From NCBI GenBank assembly GCA_041687115.1, contig JAWLCP010000002.1, forward strand, positions 2,102 to 66,101: a stretch of DNA of 64,000 nucleotides, in the 5' to 3' direction. The notes beneath the pieces were generated by a model, which was given only the letters and a program-made list of their open reading frames with translations, made no database searches and had not been told where the DNA came from. The position numbers and the translations under genes were made by a program. This DNA is from Anaerolineae bacterium. GTDB lineage: Bacteria > Chloroflexota > Anaerolineae > B4-G1. Each line of letters opens with the position of its first letter. Position 1 is the first letter of the stretch. Positions 1 to 9,328 of this stretch are shown one piece after another.

Positions 1-163
1 CGTACGGTGTCAGGACCGTTTGCTGCACCATCCAGATGGAGAAGGCAGCGGCGCCTACCAGGGCAAGCAGCAGGGCTGCCACGAATGCGCTGAGGAGACA
101 GCTGCGGTCACCGCGGCTGTCGGGCTCCCGGTGGTTTGAGTGCGTCTGTGCGTTCTGACGCAT
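1..163 (-). CDS. Partial CDS (N-terminus only, runs off the 5' window edge): putative membrane protein
   Basis: Manual minus-strand translation from an ATG at about 163 (GAGAGAAG purine tract upstream): MRQNAQTHSNHREPDSRGDRSCLLSAFVAALLLALVGAAAFSIWMVQQTVLTPY. A hydrophilic N-terminus followed by a clear TM helix. Absent from the ORF track because it is truncated. Confidence 0.25.
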   Translation of the reverse strand, partial: MRQNAQTHSNHREPDSRGDRSCLLSAFVAALLLALVGAAAFSIWMVQQTVLTPY

Positions 164-293
164 CGTTCTTCTCTCACGGATTATGTGGTCGCCGTCGGTG
201 ACGTCAAGTATACCACAAGAACTGGCGCCATGCACTTACTGCCATGTACTTGCCGAAAAGGAAAGCGGAACGCTGCTCGTCTCTCGCTGTGGC

Positions 294-1610
294 TTACCGG
301 TGCAGCTTCCAGGGCGTCGTTTCCGCCGCGGGCCTCAGCCCCAGCGCGGTCAGGGCGCCGAGGGAGGCGAGGCCCGTCGTGATTCCGAACAGCGCCGTGT
401 AGGAGGTCGCCTCCAGCAGCCACCCTCCGAGTATGGGAGCCAGCGTCAAGGCGCCCATGATCGTGTTTCCCAGGCCGACGTAGGAGGGTCGCGCGCTGTC
501 CGGCGCGATCTCCAGCAGGTAGTTGTAGAAACCGAGCATCGCCGAGCTCTGGTACGCGGCATAGGCGACGTAGACGAGGGGGTAGGCGCGAATCAGCAGT
601 CCACCGTCCGCGACATGGGCGAGGAGCGCGAAGAGTGGGCCGACGACGGAGAGGACACTGCCGATGCGAATCGTGGAGGCGGGCCCCCAGCGGTCGCTTG
701 CCAGACCCAGGAGGGCCCCGAAGGCGACGCTCGCCACCTGCTGCGCCGCGACGAAGCCACCCACAACCGAGATGGGTAGACTCAAGACGTCGGTCGCGTG
801 GATGACGTAGAATGGCGTCGCCAGCGAGACCATGCCGACCAGGATGCGGCAGGTCATCAGACGGCGGAATGTAGGGTCCTCTCGTAGAGGCGTCAACCAG
901 CCATCTCGGACCTGCTCCTCTGTGTCGGTGTCCGGTCTGGCGAGTTTGGTCTCCCGCAACAGAGCCAGCGCCACGGTGGAGGGGATGAACGCCACGCCTG
1001 CGAGCGTGAATATCCAGGCGTAATCGGTGGGAAATGGGGTCTTGGGGCTGTCCAGGATCAGACCGATGAGGGCACCCACGCCGAGCCCGGCCAGCCCGCT
1101 GAGAATCTGCGATATGCCCATCAGCCGGCCGCGGCGCTTCACGGGGATGGCACGGGCCAGCATGTCGAACCAGGCCACGCTGGCCAGGCCATCGGGGATG
1201 GTGAATAGGCCCAGACAGACGAAGAACAGAAGCAGCATCGCCGCGGGATACTGCCCCATGCCCAGCCAGAGTGCCAGCGCGACAATCCAGAACGCCACTC
1301 GCCCGCTGAGGCCGATCATCAGGTAGGGCTTCTTGCGGGGCTTATCGTTGATGACGCGGGCCGCGACCACCTGGGGGATCAGCCAGCAGCCGTTCCACAC
1401 GGTCGAGACCAGGCCAATGATTGGAGCGGAGCGCGTGAACTCTCCTACGAAGGCTGGAAGCACGCTGCTGGGATTGGCGAAAGAGACAGCTACGCTGAAG
1501 AAGACGTAGTCGACGACAAAAGCGACGAAGTTCCAGCCGTAGTCGGGGGGGGTGATGTCGGAGGGCTCTCCCATAACATCCCAGTCTACCATGAAGCGGC
1601 ACACCGTCAA
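294..1610 (-). CDS. MFS-type transporter (12-TM permease)
   Basis: 438-aa ORF with hydrophobic helices throughout and paired 6+6 topology with a central loop (TKLARPDTDTEEQVRDGW). The true start may be internal (M7 or M13). Confidence 0.8.
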   Translation of the reverse strand: MTVCRFMVDWDVMGEPSDITPPDYGWNFVAFVVDYVFFSVAVSFANPSSVLPAFVGEFTRSAPIIGLVSTVWNGCWLIPQVVAARVINDKPRKKPYLMIGLSGRVAFWIVALALWLGMGQYPAAMLLLFFVCLGLFTIPDGLASVAWFDMLARAIPVKRRGRLMGISQILSGLAGLGVGALIGLILDSPKTPFPTDYAWIFTLAGVAFIPSTVALALLRETKLARPDTDTEEQVRDGWLTPLREDPTFRRLMTCRILVGMVSLATPFYVIHATDVLSLPISVVGGFVAAQQVASVAFGALLGLASDRWGPASTIRIGSVLSVVGPLFALLAHVADGGLLIRAYPLVYVAYAAYQSSAMLGFYNYLLEIAPDSARPSYVGLGNTIMGALTLAPILGGWLLEATSYTALFGITTGLASLGALTALGLRPAAETTPWKLHR

Positions 1611-1837
1611 GACAGGTAGCAGCGAGCAGATGACGGGACGAGATGGCTGCAGAAACAGTCTCTATGAGCGCTTCCTGGGAGCGGGGGCGCAAAGCGCAGG
1701 TTACTCCTGGCGTTCGGAGGTCGTTTGGCAGCTGTGAACAATCTCTGGGGCTGCCGAGAGGGAGCGTGCGCGACTCGCGATGCTGGATTGAGGGGAGACC
1801 CCGGTCAGTCCAGGGTCTCCCTCTGGTAGTCTCAGGC

Positions 1838-2389
1838 TTACTCGAGGAATTTGCCAACAAAGGGCGAGGTCTCTCCGCGCCGAAGGAAATGACCCGACGG
1901 TCCCTCACCTAAGAACTCCGAGAACCACGATTCGTGCTGGATCTCCTCGTGCAAGATAGCCAGCGCTAGGTCGTAGGTACGATGGTCCTTCCCGACGGTC
2001 AGGTTGCAGATCTCCGTGTATCCCCGTACAGCGCATCGTTCGGCTGCCACCAGCACCTCCAGGATAGCCTCGGCGTCCGTTGGATCCTCAGGCAGCCGAG
2101 CAGGGCGGCATGCCGAGATGTCGTGGAACTCCTTCATGTCATCAGGGAGCTTGCCTCCGAGCTCGTAGATACGAGGCACCAGGGCTTCGAAGTGGTTGCG
2201 ATCCTCGATGCGGGCGGACTCGGCAATCTCTTTGATCCCTTCACCTTCCAGCCCAATGAGGTTTGCCCGAAGGATCGTGTAGTAGTAGTAGGTGGTCAGT
2301 TCGGCGGCGGCATTCTTTATCAACAGATCGAGCAGTTGTTCGACGTCTACTCCGGATCGCTCGACCATTTCTCGTGCTACTCTAGCCAT
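1838..2389 (-). CDS. Dps-like (DPSL) ferritin-superfamily peroxide-resistance protein
   Basis: 183 aa; LLDLLIKNAAAELTTYYYYT ferritin-like di-iron helix; conserved Cys pair context (ISACRPAR / ERCAVRGY) typical of the DPSL family; AGGAGA RBS 6 nt before the ATG; lies downstream of a Fur/PerR gene. Confidence 0.8.
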   Translation of the reverse strand: MARVAREMVERSGVDVEQLLDLLIKNAAAELTTYYYYTILRANLIGLEGEGIKEIAESARIEDRNHFEALVPRIYELGGKLPDDMKEFHDISACRPARLPEDPTDAEAILEVLVAAERCAVRGYTEICNLTVGKDHRTYDLALAILHEEIQHESWFSEFLGEGPSGHFLRRGETSPFVGKFLE

Positions 2390-2628
2390 GGTTAGGTCTC
2401 CTTAATCGTAATGCTGAATCGTAGCTCAATGGGGCGCTACCGTTTTCACCTCTCTCAGTGGTCTCCTGTCAGTATTCATCACCTCCTCATTCAGCGCGAG
2501 GCCCTCTGTCGTGAGAGAGCTGAGCCCGTGCACGGTGCATTGTGACCGTGTTTGGCTTGGACTATGGAGGGCAAATCCCTGCAAAAAGGTGCGTTTCGGG
2601 ATAAGACAAGATAACGGGGCTGGCAAAC

Positions 2629-3069
2629 TTACTCGCCGGATTGACAATCGGGGCAGATGCCGTAGAAGTCGAGCCGATGGCCAACCATCTTATACCCGGA
2701 GAGTTCTGTCACCTCCTGCTCCAGACTGTTAACAAGTCTCATTCGCAGGTCGACGATCCTGCGGCAGTGGAGACAGATGAGATGGGGATGCGGATAGGGC
2801 TTGTTCCCATCGTAACGGTTGTCATCCCCGCTGAACCCAAGCTCCAGTACCTCACCCATGTCCTTGAGAATCACCAACGTCTTATAGATAGTCGCCAGAC
2901 TGGTTGTGGGGAACTGCTCCTTGATCTGCTCATGTAAGCTGTTGGCACTGGGATGCCCCTCGCTGGTGGAGAGGAGACGGAGCAGCGCCACGCGCTGCGG
3001 CGTCATGCGATAGCCATGTTGCCGGAATTTGGCCTCTAGCTCTTCGAATCGCTCTTCTGGATCAGCCAT
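2629..3069 (-). CDS. Fur-family metalloregulator (PerR-like)
   Basis: The ORF track runs 2629..3099 with a TTG start; the likely start is the ATG at 3069 (MADPEERFEELEAKFRQHGYRMTPQR...). HTH region plus the HxH / CxxC metal sites (HPHLICLHC...CPDC) characteristic of Fur/PerR. Confidence 0.85.
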   Translation of the reverse strand: MADPEERFEELEAKFRQHGYRMTPQRVALLRLLSTSEGHPSANSLHEQIKEQFPTTSLATIYKTLVILKDMGEVLELGFSGDDNRYDGNKPYPHPHLICLHCRRIVDLRMRLVNSLEQEVTELSGYKMVGHRLDFYGICPDCQSGE

Positions 3070-3075
3070 CGGTTG

Positions 3076-3090
3076 TATATAATCATTATC
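3076..3090 (-). promoter_or_regulatory. Fur/PerR box (7-1-7 inverted repeat; minus-strand reading GATAATGATTATATA) immediately upstream of the fur-family ATG
   Basis: Plus strand TATATAATCATTATC. ATAATCATTATC is identical to half of the B. subtilis Fur box consensus (GATAATGATAATCATTATC). It sits 7 nt upstream of ATG 3069. A TTGACA-16-TATAAG promoter on the minus strand lies at about 3116-3143. Confidence 0.55.
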
Positions 3091-3242
3091 GAGGGACAAT
3101 TATTCTCTATAGAGACTTATATCACACTTCTCTCACTTGTCAAGCGTCCGGATTCAGCGGTGGGGAAAGGACCTTTAGTCCGTCTGCCGCTCTCGCCATG
3201 GGTATTGGTAGGTGCTCTGCGCGACCGCGATGGCGGTTGGCG

Positions 3243-4364
3243 TCAGAAATAGGGTTCGTACCCGGAGATGTCGAGCTCATCTCGCATCGTCTGGAGCTGC
3301 TTTCGGAGGTTGGGGTTGACGGGGATGCCCCGCTCTGGGACGACCTGCTCGTTCTCATATTCCTTTTCTCCCGCCACGTAGATCCGCTCCTGGCCAGGCG
3401 CCTTCCGTGCCTTCTGCAGCGTGCGCATAATGTTGCCGGTGATGCGACGCGAGAGCTCCAGCGGGACGAAGTGCTCGATATCGATCGCCAGGGAAAAATG
3501 CCCCAGCATGTAGGGTCGCCGAGACCCGTCGTCCTCGAAGCCCAGCAGCTCTTTCATGAACACGCCCCCGCATAGAGAGGCGGAGAGAATCTCGACCATC
3601 GCTGCCAGGTCGTATCCCTTGTAACCTGCGAACTCCTCCCCGGCCCCTCCCAGCGGCAGCAGCGCCGCCTGCGCCTCTCCGAACGCCTCCAGGGCCTGAT
3701 CAGGATCGGTGACTGGATTTCCTTCAGCATCGATGACCCAGCCTTCGGGCATGGGCTTCTCGGCGCGGGAGAGTACCTCGACGGCGCCCCGCTGAATGAT
3801 GGACGTCGCGCCGTCGAAGCAGAACGGGTGGTCCATATCGGAGGGGGCGGCGAACGCGATCGGATTGGTGCCCAGCATGGGCTCCGTGCTGAAGGTGGGC
3901 GCAATGGCCGGTCGAGCGTTCGTCACGGTCAGGCCGATCATCCCCTTCTCCGCGGCCATCAGGGAGTAATAGCCTGCGATGCCGAAATGGGTGCCGTTTC
4001 GCACGGCCGCAGCCCCAATGCCGGATGCCCTCGCCTTGTCGATGGCCATCTCCATGGCTCGGTGAGCGATGACGTGACCCATTCCGTGATGTCCGTCAAT
4101 AAGGACCGTGGTCTCGGTCTCCTTGACGATCTCCATCTCGGTCCTGACCCGGTGCTGTCCCCGCTGGATCCGGTCATAATAGTACTTCAGGCGACCTACA
4201 CCGTGCGACTTGATCCCTCTGAGGTCCGCGGCGATGAGTACGTCGGCGCAGATGCGGGCGTCATCCTCGGGCACGCCAAGGGCCTCGAATACGTCCATCA
4301 TGAAGTCCTCGATGACGTTTACAGGGAAGTACGTGATATGTGTATCCTCTGGCATGGTTTCCAT
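3243..4364 (-). CDS. Ldh_2 family (malate/L-lactate/L-sulfolactate-type) NAD(P)-dependent 2-hydroxyacid dehydrogenase
   Basis: 373 aa; conserved Ldh_2 blocks GIKSHGVGRL, HHGMGHV, GTNPIAFAAP. Confidence 0.85.
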   Translation of the reverse strand: METMPEDTHITYFPVNVIEDFMMDVFEALGVPEDDARICADVLIAADLRGIKSHGVGRLKYYYDRIQRGQHRVRTEMEIVKETETTVLIDGHHGMGHVIAHRAMEMAIDKARASGIGAAAVRNGTHFGIAGYYSLMAAEKGMIGLTVTNARPAIAPTFSTEPMLGTNPIAFAAPSDMDHPFCFDGATSIIQRGAVEVLSRAEKPMPEGWVIDAEGNPVTDPDQALEAFGEAQAALLPLGGAGEEFAGYKGYDLAAMVEILSASLCGGVFMKELLGFEDDGSRRPYMLGHFSLAIDIEHFVPLELSRRITGNIMRTLQKARKAPGQERIYVAGEKEYENEQVVPERGIPVNPNLRKQLQTMRDELDISGYEPYF

Positions 4365-4446
4365 TTGTCCTTGAAAATGAGAGTCAAAGCGCTAAACGCG
4401 ATTCTGTCACAGAGTGAGTCGCCCGGCACTGTGCCTGGGTGGGGCC

Positions 4447-5964
4447 TCACTCCACCCAGTCGAACGTTCGGGTGACCGCCTTCTTCCATCCCTCATAGAG
4501 CGCCGCCCGCCTCTCGTCGTCCATTTGCGGTCTCCAGGTCCGGGAGACGTTCCAGTTCTCGCGGAGCGCCTCCACATCGTCCCAGAAACCGACGGCCAGC
4601 CCCGCAGCGTAGGCGGCGCCGAGCGCGGTGGTCTCGGAGACCGTAGGCCGGATGACGGGGACGTTCAAGATGTCGGCCTGGAACTGCATCAGCAGCTCAT
4701 TGTGAGTCATTCCACCGTCGACCTTCAGGGCCTTCAACTCGACCTCGGAGTCCTGTTCCATGGCCTCCAGCACCTCACGGGTCTGGTAGGCGGTGGCCTC
4801 CAGGGCCGCGCGGGCGATGTGGTACTTGGTGATGTAGCGGGTCAGGCCGACGATCGCGCCACGGGCGTCGTGCCTCCAGTGAGGAGCGAACAGGCCGGAG
4901 AAAGCAGGCACGAAGTAGATGCCACCGCTGTTCTCCACCGCGGCGGCGAAGTCCTCGACGTGCTTCGAGAAGTCGAACATATCGAGATTGTCACGCAGCC
5001 ACTGAACGAGGGCGCCGGTGATGGCGATGGATCCCTCGAGCGCGTAGACCGCGGCCTCGCCGCGCATCTTGTAGCCAACGGTCGTGAGCAAGCCACTTTC
5101 GCTGGGCACGGCCTCGGTGCCGGTGTTCAGGAGCATGAAGCACCCCGTGCCATACGTGTTCTTGGCTTCGCCCGGGCTGAAGCAGGTCTGGCCGACCAGG
5201 GCGGCCTGCTGGTCGCCCAGCGCCCCGCAGACGGGGATCTCATCACCGAAGGGTCCGTCGTTACTGGTGTGACCGTAGAGGTCGGGATCGCTGGAAGGGC
5301 GGATCTCCGGCAGCATCTGACGGGGAATGCCCATGATATCCAGGATCTCATGATCCCAGTCGAGTGTCTCCAGGTTCATCAGCATGGTGCGGCTGGCGTT
5401 GGTAACGTCGGTGACGTGGGCGCCGCCGTCCGGGCCGCCGGTCAGGTTCCAGATCTCCCAGGTGTCGACGTTCCCAAAGAAGGCGTCCCCGCGCTCGGCG
5501 GCGGAGCGAAGGCCACGGACGTTGTCCAGCAGCCATTTGATCTTCGGGCCCGAGAAGTAGGTGGCCAGGGGGAGGCCGACCCTGGCACGGAACCGATCCT
5601 GCCCGCCGTCCTCAGCCAGCTGCTTGCAGATCCTGTCGGTGCGGGTGTCCTGCCAGACGACCGCGTTGTGATAAGGCTCGCCCGTGTTCCTGTTCCAGAC
5701 GATGGTGGTCTCGCGCTGGTTAGTGACACCGACCGAGGTGATCTCTTGCGGTCTGACCCCGGTCGCCTGCAGCGCACCCGTGATAACCTCCCCCGTACGC
5801 GCCCAGATCTCCGTCGGGTTGTGCTCCACCCAGCCGGGCTGAGGATAGATCTGCTCGTGCTCCAGCTGGTGCGACCCCACGATCTCACCGCCGTGGGTGA
5901 AGATCATAAAGCGCGTGCTGGTCGTACCTTGATCGATCGCTGCTGCATATCTCTTTCGTGGCAT
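4447..5964 (-). CDS. glpK: Glycerol kinase
   Basis: FGGY kinase; [26 protein letters not shown] motifs. The track ORF extends to 6066; the likely start is M35 (MPRKRY) at 5964, preceded by a GAGAAAGAG RBS. Confidence 0.9.
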   Translation of the reverse strand: MPRKRYAAAIDQGTTSTRFMIFTHGGEIVGSHQLEHEQIYPQPGWVEHNPTEIWARTGEVITGALQATGVRPQEITSVGVTNQRETTIVWNRNTGEPYHNAVVWQDTRTDRICKQLAEDGGQDRFRARVGLPLATYFSGPKIKWLLDNVRGLRSAAERGDAFFGNVDTWEIWNLTGGPDGGAHVTDVTNASRTMLMNLETLDWDHEILDIMGIPRQMLPEIRPSSDPDLYGHTSNDGPFGDEIPVCGALGDQQAALVGQTCFSPGEAKNTYGTGCFMLLNTGTEAVPSESGLLTTVGYKMRGEAAVYALEGSIAITGALVQWLRDNLDMFDFSKHVEDFAAAVENSGGIYFVPAFSGLFAPHWRHDARGAIVGLTRYITKYHIARAALEATAYQTREVLEAMEQDSEVELKALKVDGGMTHNELLMQFQADILNVPVIRPTVSETTALGAAYAAGLAVGFWDDVEALRENWNVSRTWRPQMDDERRAALYEGWKKAVTRTFDWVE

Positions 5965-6062
5965 CTCTTTCTCACCGCCGAGTTCCACTGGCGGATGGCT
6001 TCGCGTCGTGTTTCGCGCGCTTTCCGGCTGGCGAGGGGAGTATACTTGAGTCGGCACGCCTG

Positions 6063-7220
6063 TCAACGAGCTGTCCGGGAGTCCTTCATGACCTCTGCAC
6101 CCCGAGCCGCATTACAGATGTAAATGTTTGGCGCGATTCCCGTGATCTCTTCGTAGCAGGCAGCAACCGCTGGGGAGAAGGTCTCGGCTGCCTGCGCCCG
6201 AACCAGGGCAACCGCGCACCCGCCGAAGCCAGCGCCGGTCATGCGCGCCCCATAGCACACTTCCTGCCGGCGCGCACAGGCTGCCATCGCATCCAGTTCT
6301 CTGCTTGAGACCGCGAAGTCATCCCGCAGGCTGGTGTGGCTCGCGTTCATCAAGCGTCCCATCTCACGTCGATCTCCGCGCCGCATGGCCTCGGCAGCTT
6401 GAAGAGTGCGCGCGTTCTCTGTCACCACGTGGCGGGCCCGGCTGCGGAGGGTATCGTCGAGCTCGTGGGCACGAGCCTCGAACTGAGCCGCACTCACATC
6501 GCGCAGCGCCGGGACCCCGAAGAAGCGGGCGGCAGCTTCACACCCCTCGCGGCGTTCGTTGTAGACGGAGTCGACCAGGCCACGGCGCGTCGCCGTATCG
6601 AGGACGATCACCGCCGTGTCCGGTGGAAGGGGTACCGGCTCCGTGTCGAGGGAACGGCAGTCGATGAGCAGCGCGTGGCCGGGTTGACCGGCTGCGGCGA
6701 TCATCTGATCCATGATGCCGCACTGCACGCCTACCCACTCGTTCTCTGCCCGCTGACAGACCTTCGCCATCTCCGCCGGGTCCCACGGGATCCCCGAGAC
6801 CGCCGAGAAGGCGCGGGCCGTCGCGCACTCCAGGGCTGCCGATGAGGACAGGCCAGCCCCTCTCGGCACGTCTCCGACGAGCACACCCTCCCACCCCTGC
6901 AACTCGTACCCGGCCTCCTGCAGCGACCAGGCGACGCCCTTCAGGTATTCGGCCCACCCCTCGCCCCTGTTCTCCGGTGCGTTGAGGTGGAAGTCGGTGG
7001 CGTCGTCGAGGTCCAGCGCGCGTGCCACGACGCGTCCATCGCCTCGAGGTTGCAGCGCGATCCAGATGGCACGGTTGATCGCCATCGGGAGCGCGAAGCC
7101 GTCGTTGTAGTCCGTGTGCTCGCCGATCAGGTTGACCCGTCCGGGCGCGCGGACGACGAGGGTGGGAGGCTGGCCGAAATCGCGCCTGAAGCCCTGATCG
7201 GCTCGCTGTTGAAGGGACAT
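6063..7220 (-). CDS. galK: Galactokinase
   Basis: [13 protein letters not shown] galactokinase signature; GHMP motif [11 protein letters not shown]. Confidence 0.9.
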   Translation of the reverse strand: MSLQQRADQGFRRDFGQPPTLVVRAPGRVNLIGEHTDYNDGFALPMAINRAIWIALQPRGDGRVVARALDLDDATDFHLNAPENRGEGWAEYLKGVAWSLQEAGYELQGWEGVLVGDVPRGAGLSSSAALECATARAFSAVSGIPWDPAEMAKVCQRAENEWVGVQCGIMDQMIAAAGQPGHALLIDCRSLDTEPVPLPPDTAVIVLDTATRRGLVDSVYNERREGCEAAARFFGVPALRDVSAAQFEARAHELDDTLRSRARHVVTENARTLQAAEAMRRGDRREMGRLMNASHTSLRDDFAVSSRELDAMAACARRQEVCYGARMTGAGFGGCAVALVRAQAAETFSPAVAACYEEITGIAPNIYICNAARGAEVMKDSRTAR

Positions 7221-7336
7221 AGCATGTCCTTGTCAGACCGCTTCCAGTGCCACCGGTTGCCACACAGCTCGACGTGGACAACTCCTCCGCTGCCTCTTCC
7301 TGAGCATATAGGGCCAGGGTGTACAACGCAGATGTC

Positions 7337-7951
7337 TCACGACGATCGAGTCAAGCTGCGTCCGGCGGCTCCATCCATCAACAGGTCCACCGACGCATCG
7401 ATTAGCGTGGGGAGAGGGGCGGGGCGATGACCGTGGTGCCACATGGCTAACTGCTGGAAGAAGAGCGAGCGCAGGGCGGATGCCAGATAGACCGGATCCA
7501 GGTCATCACGGATCTCTCCCGCTGCCTGTGCCTGACGAACCTGCTCGGTCAGCAGATCGCGCAGCGCATGACCGGGGTTGATCTCGCGATGAGCCATGAT
7601 GGCTGCAAATAGCCGCTCAGCCAGGTGGCGCTCGCAGAGCGGGTCCTCGGCCACCAGGCGCAGGGCCAGCTTGATCCGGGCCACCGGGCTCGCAGGCGCC
7701 CCCTGCTCAGGAGTCAGCGCTTCCTCCAGTTGCTCCAATCGGCGCCCTGCGATGGCCGGCAGAATAGCCTCTTTCGTGTCGAAGTAGTTGAAGAAGGTTC
7801 CCTTGGCCACGCCCGCTGCATCGGTGATGTCTTTCACCGTGGTCGCGTCGTAGCCGTTCTCCTGGAACAGGCGGAGGGCCGCTTCCATGAGACTCGCGCG
7901 AGTCTCTCGCTTCTTGCGCTCGCGTCGTGAGAGCTGGCGTTCCGTGCTCAT
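7337..7951 (-). CDS. TetR/AcrR-family transcriptional regulator
   Basis: N-terminal TetR HTH (TRASLMEAALRLFQENGYDATTVKDITDAAGVAKGTFFNYF). Confidence 0.85.
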   Translation of the reverse strand: MSTERQLSRRERKKRETRASLMEAALRLFQENGYDATTVKDITDAAGVAKGTFFNYFDTKEAILPAIAGRRLEQLEEALTPEQGAPASPVARIKLALRLVAEDPLCERHLAERLFAAIMAHREINPGHALRDLLTEQVRQAQAAGEIRDDLDPVYLASALRSLFFQQLAMWHHGHRPAPLPTLIDASVDLLMDGAAGRSLTRSS

Positions 7952-8009
7952 ACCATCACCCCAGAATAAAGATGACCACGATGATAGTATAGTGGACAGC
8001 CCTGCTTTG

Positions 8010-9053
8010 TCAACGGGCCCTGATCTGTTCCATGGCCCAGGCGGCGTGCTCCGCCACCAGGGGATTCGGATCAGATCGAGCGACCTCTAGAGATGGGATC
8101 GCAGCCGGGTTGCCCAGATTGCCAAGCACGACAGCCGCGTTTCGCAGTAGCCCGGCACGCCGGGCACGCCAGAGCGGCGTCTCGCGGAATCGCGCGCGGA
8201 AAGCATCCTCGTCAAGCTCCAGCAACTCGAGCAGGTCGAGTGTGGGGTGGAGAGGCTGGAGGCCAGGCTCGTCGGTAGGGCGGGCGAAACGGCGATTCCA
8301 GGGGCACACCTCCTGGCAGATGTCACAGCCGAACACCCGATCCGCCAACAGCGGGCGGAGTGCCTCCGGGATGGCGCCACGGTGTTCCACCGTCAGGTAC
8401 GAGATGCAGCGGCGCGCGTCGAGGGTATGGGGCGCGACCAGCGCACCGGTGGGACACGCGTCCAGGCAGGCGGTACAGCTCCCGCACCGGTCCTCCGACC
8501 AAGGCGTGTCGGGTTCCAGGTCCAGATCGAGGAGTAACTCCCCCAGGAAGAAGTATGAGCCGTGGTCGGGGTGGACGAGATTGGTGTTCTTCCCGATCCA
8601 GCCCAGGCCGGCCTGATGGGCGAGCGCCCGCTCCAGCAGGGGGCCGGTGTCGACGTACGCGCGGTACGTGAGAGGGCGGGCCATCTGACGATCGATCCAG
8701 CTCGCCAGTTGCTCCAACCTCTCCAACATGAGCTCGTGGTAATCCGCGCCCCAGGCGTAGCGGGATACGCGCCCCACCAGCGCCTCCGCAGGCGGACAAT
8801 CGGCGGGATAATAATCCATGCCCACCACGAGGATGGAGCGGATCTCGGGCATGATGCGCCGGGGATCTGCTCGCTTCGCAACGGCGTCGGGGCGCGCCAG
8901 ATAGTCCATCTCAGCGTGGTAGCCCTGCGCCAGCCAATCGGTGTAGAAGGTCGTGGGGACACCGACGGCAGGATCAGTTATGCCGGCCAGGTTGAGGCCG
9001 AGTCGCCAGGCTTCCGCTTTGATGCCGTCTGCCAGATCCTTCATCGCTGGCAC
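8010..9053 (-). CDS. queG: Epoxyqueuosine reductase (4Fe-4S, cobalamin-dependent) with C-terminal HEAT-like repeats
   Basis: Two ferredoxin-type Cys clusters (CGSCTACLDACP, CDICQEVCPWN); conserved QueG N-terminal region. Confidence 0.9.
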   Translation of the reverse strand: MPAMKDLADGIKAEAWRLGLNLAGITDPAVGVPTTFYTDWLAQGYHAEMDYLARPDAVAKRADPRRIMPEIRSILVVGMDYYPADCPPAEALVGRVSRYAWGADYHELMLERLEQLASWIDRQMARPLTYRAYVDTGPLLERALAHQAGLGWIGKNTNLVHPDHGSYFFLGELLLDLDLEPDTPWSEDRCGSCTACLDACPTGALVAPHTLDARRCISYLTVEHRGAIPEALRPLLADRVFGCDICQEVCPWNRRFARPTDEPGLQPLHPTLDLLELLELDEDAFRARFRETPLWRARRAGLLRNAAVVLGNLGNPAAIPSLEVARSDPNPLVAEHAAWAMEQIRAR

Positions 9054-9117
9054 ACTATAACGTACCGGGCAAAGGGTGTCAACGGGACTCGCTCGGCGCC
9101 AATCCCGTGGATTTTAC

Positions 9118-9146
9118 TTGCGTGTTGCCAGGACCCGTGTTATAAT
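9118..9146 (+). promoter_or_regulatory. Sigma-70-like promoter for nusA (TTGCGT - 17 nt - TATAAT)
   Basis: Read directly from the sequence; position counted from the nusA ATG at 9329. Confidence 0.45.
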
Positions 9147-9190
9147 TTCGTTCGGATACGCGCAGGAAGAGACATAGGCGCAGCGGAGAA

Positions 9191-9213
9191 GTGGGGACCC
9201 CCCACTTTTTTTT
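9191..9213 (+). terminator. Intrinsic-terminator-like hairpin plus T8 in the nusA 5' leader (putative autoregulatory attenuator)
   Basis: GTGGGG-ACC-CCCCAC stem-loop (9191-9205) followed by TTTTTTTT (9206-9213). It lies about 40 nt after the predicted TSS and about 115 nt before the nusA ATG. It is on the same strand as nusA, while the upstream gene queG is on the opposite strand. Confidence 0.5.
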
Positions 9214-9328
9214 GTAGAATGGGTGTGTTGTCCTGTTCGTCGGAGGTTGGGTGCCGACGCTTTGGTGTGAGGGGTGACAGTTAGCCAGCTGAAGGCTAAG
9301 CGGGGAAATCCCGTAGCAGGAGACAAGT

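Noticed and set aside
4418-4440. GGGTGG...CCACCC hairpin between glpK stop and the Ldh_2 gene start.
   Set aside because: No U-tract, and the intergenic region is only 82 nt. It could be a weak terminator or simply part of the promoter region, so it is not called.
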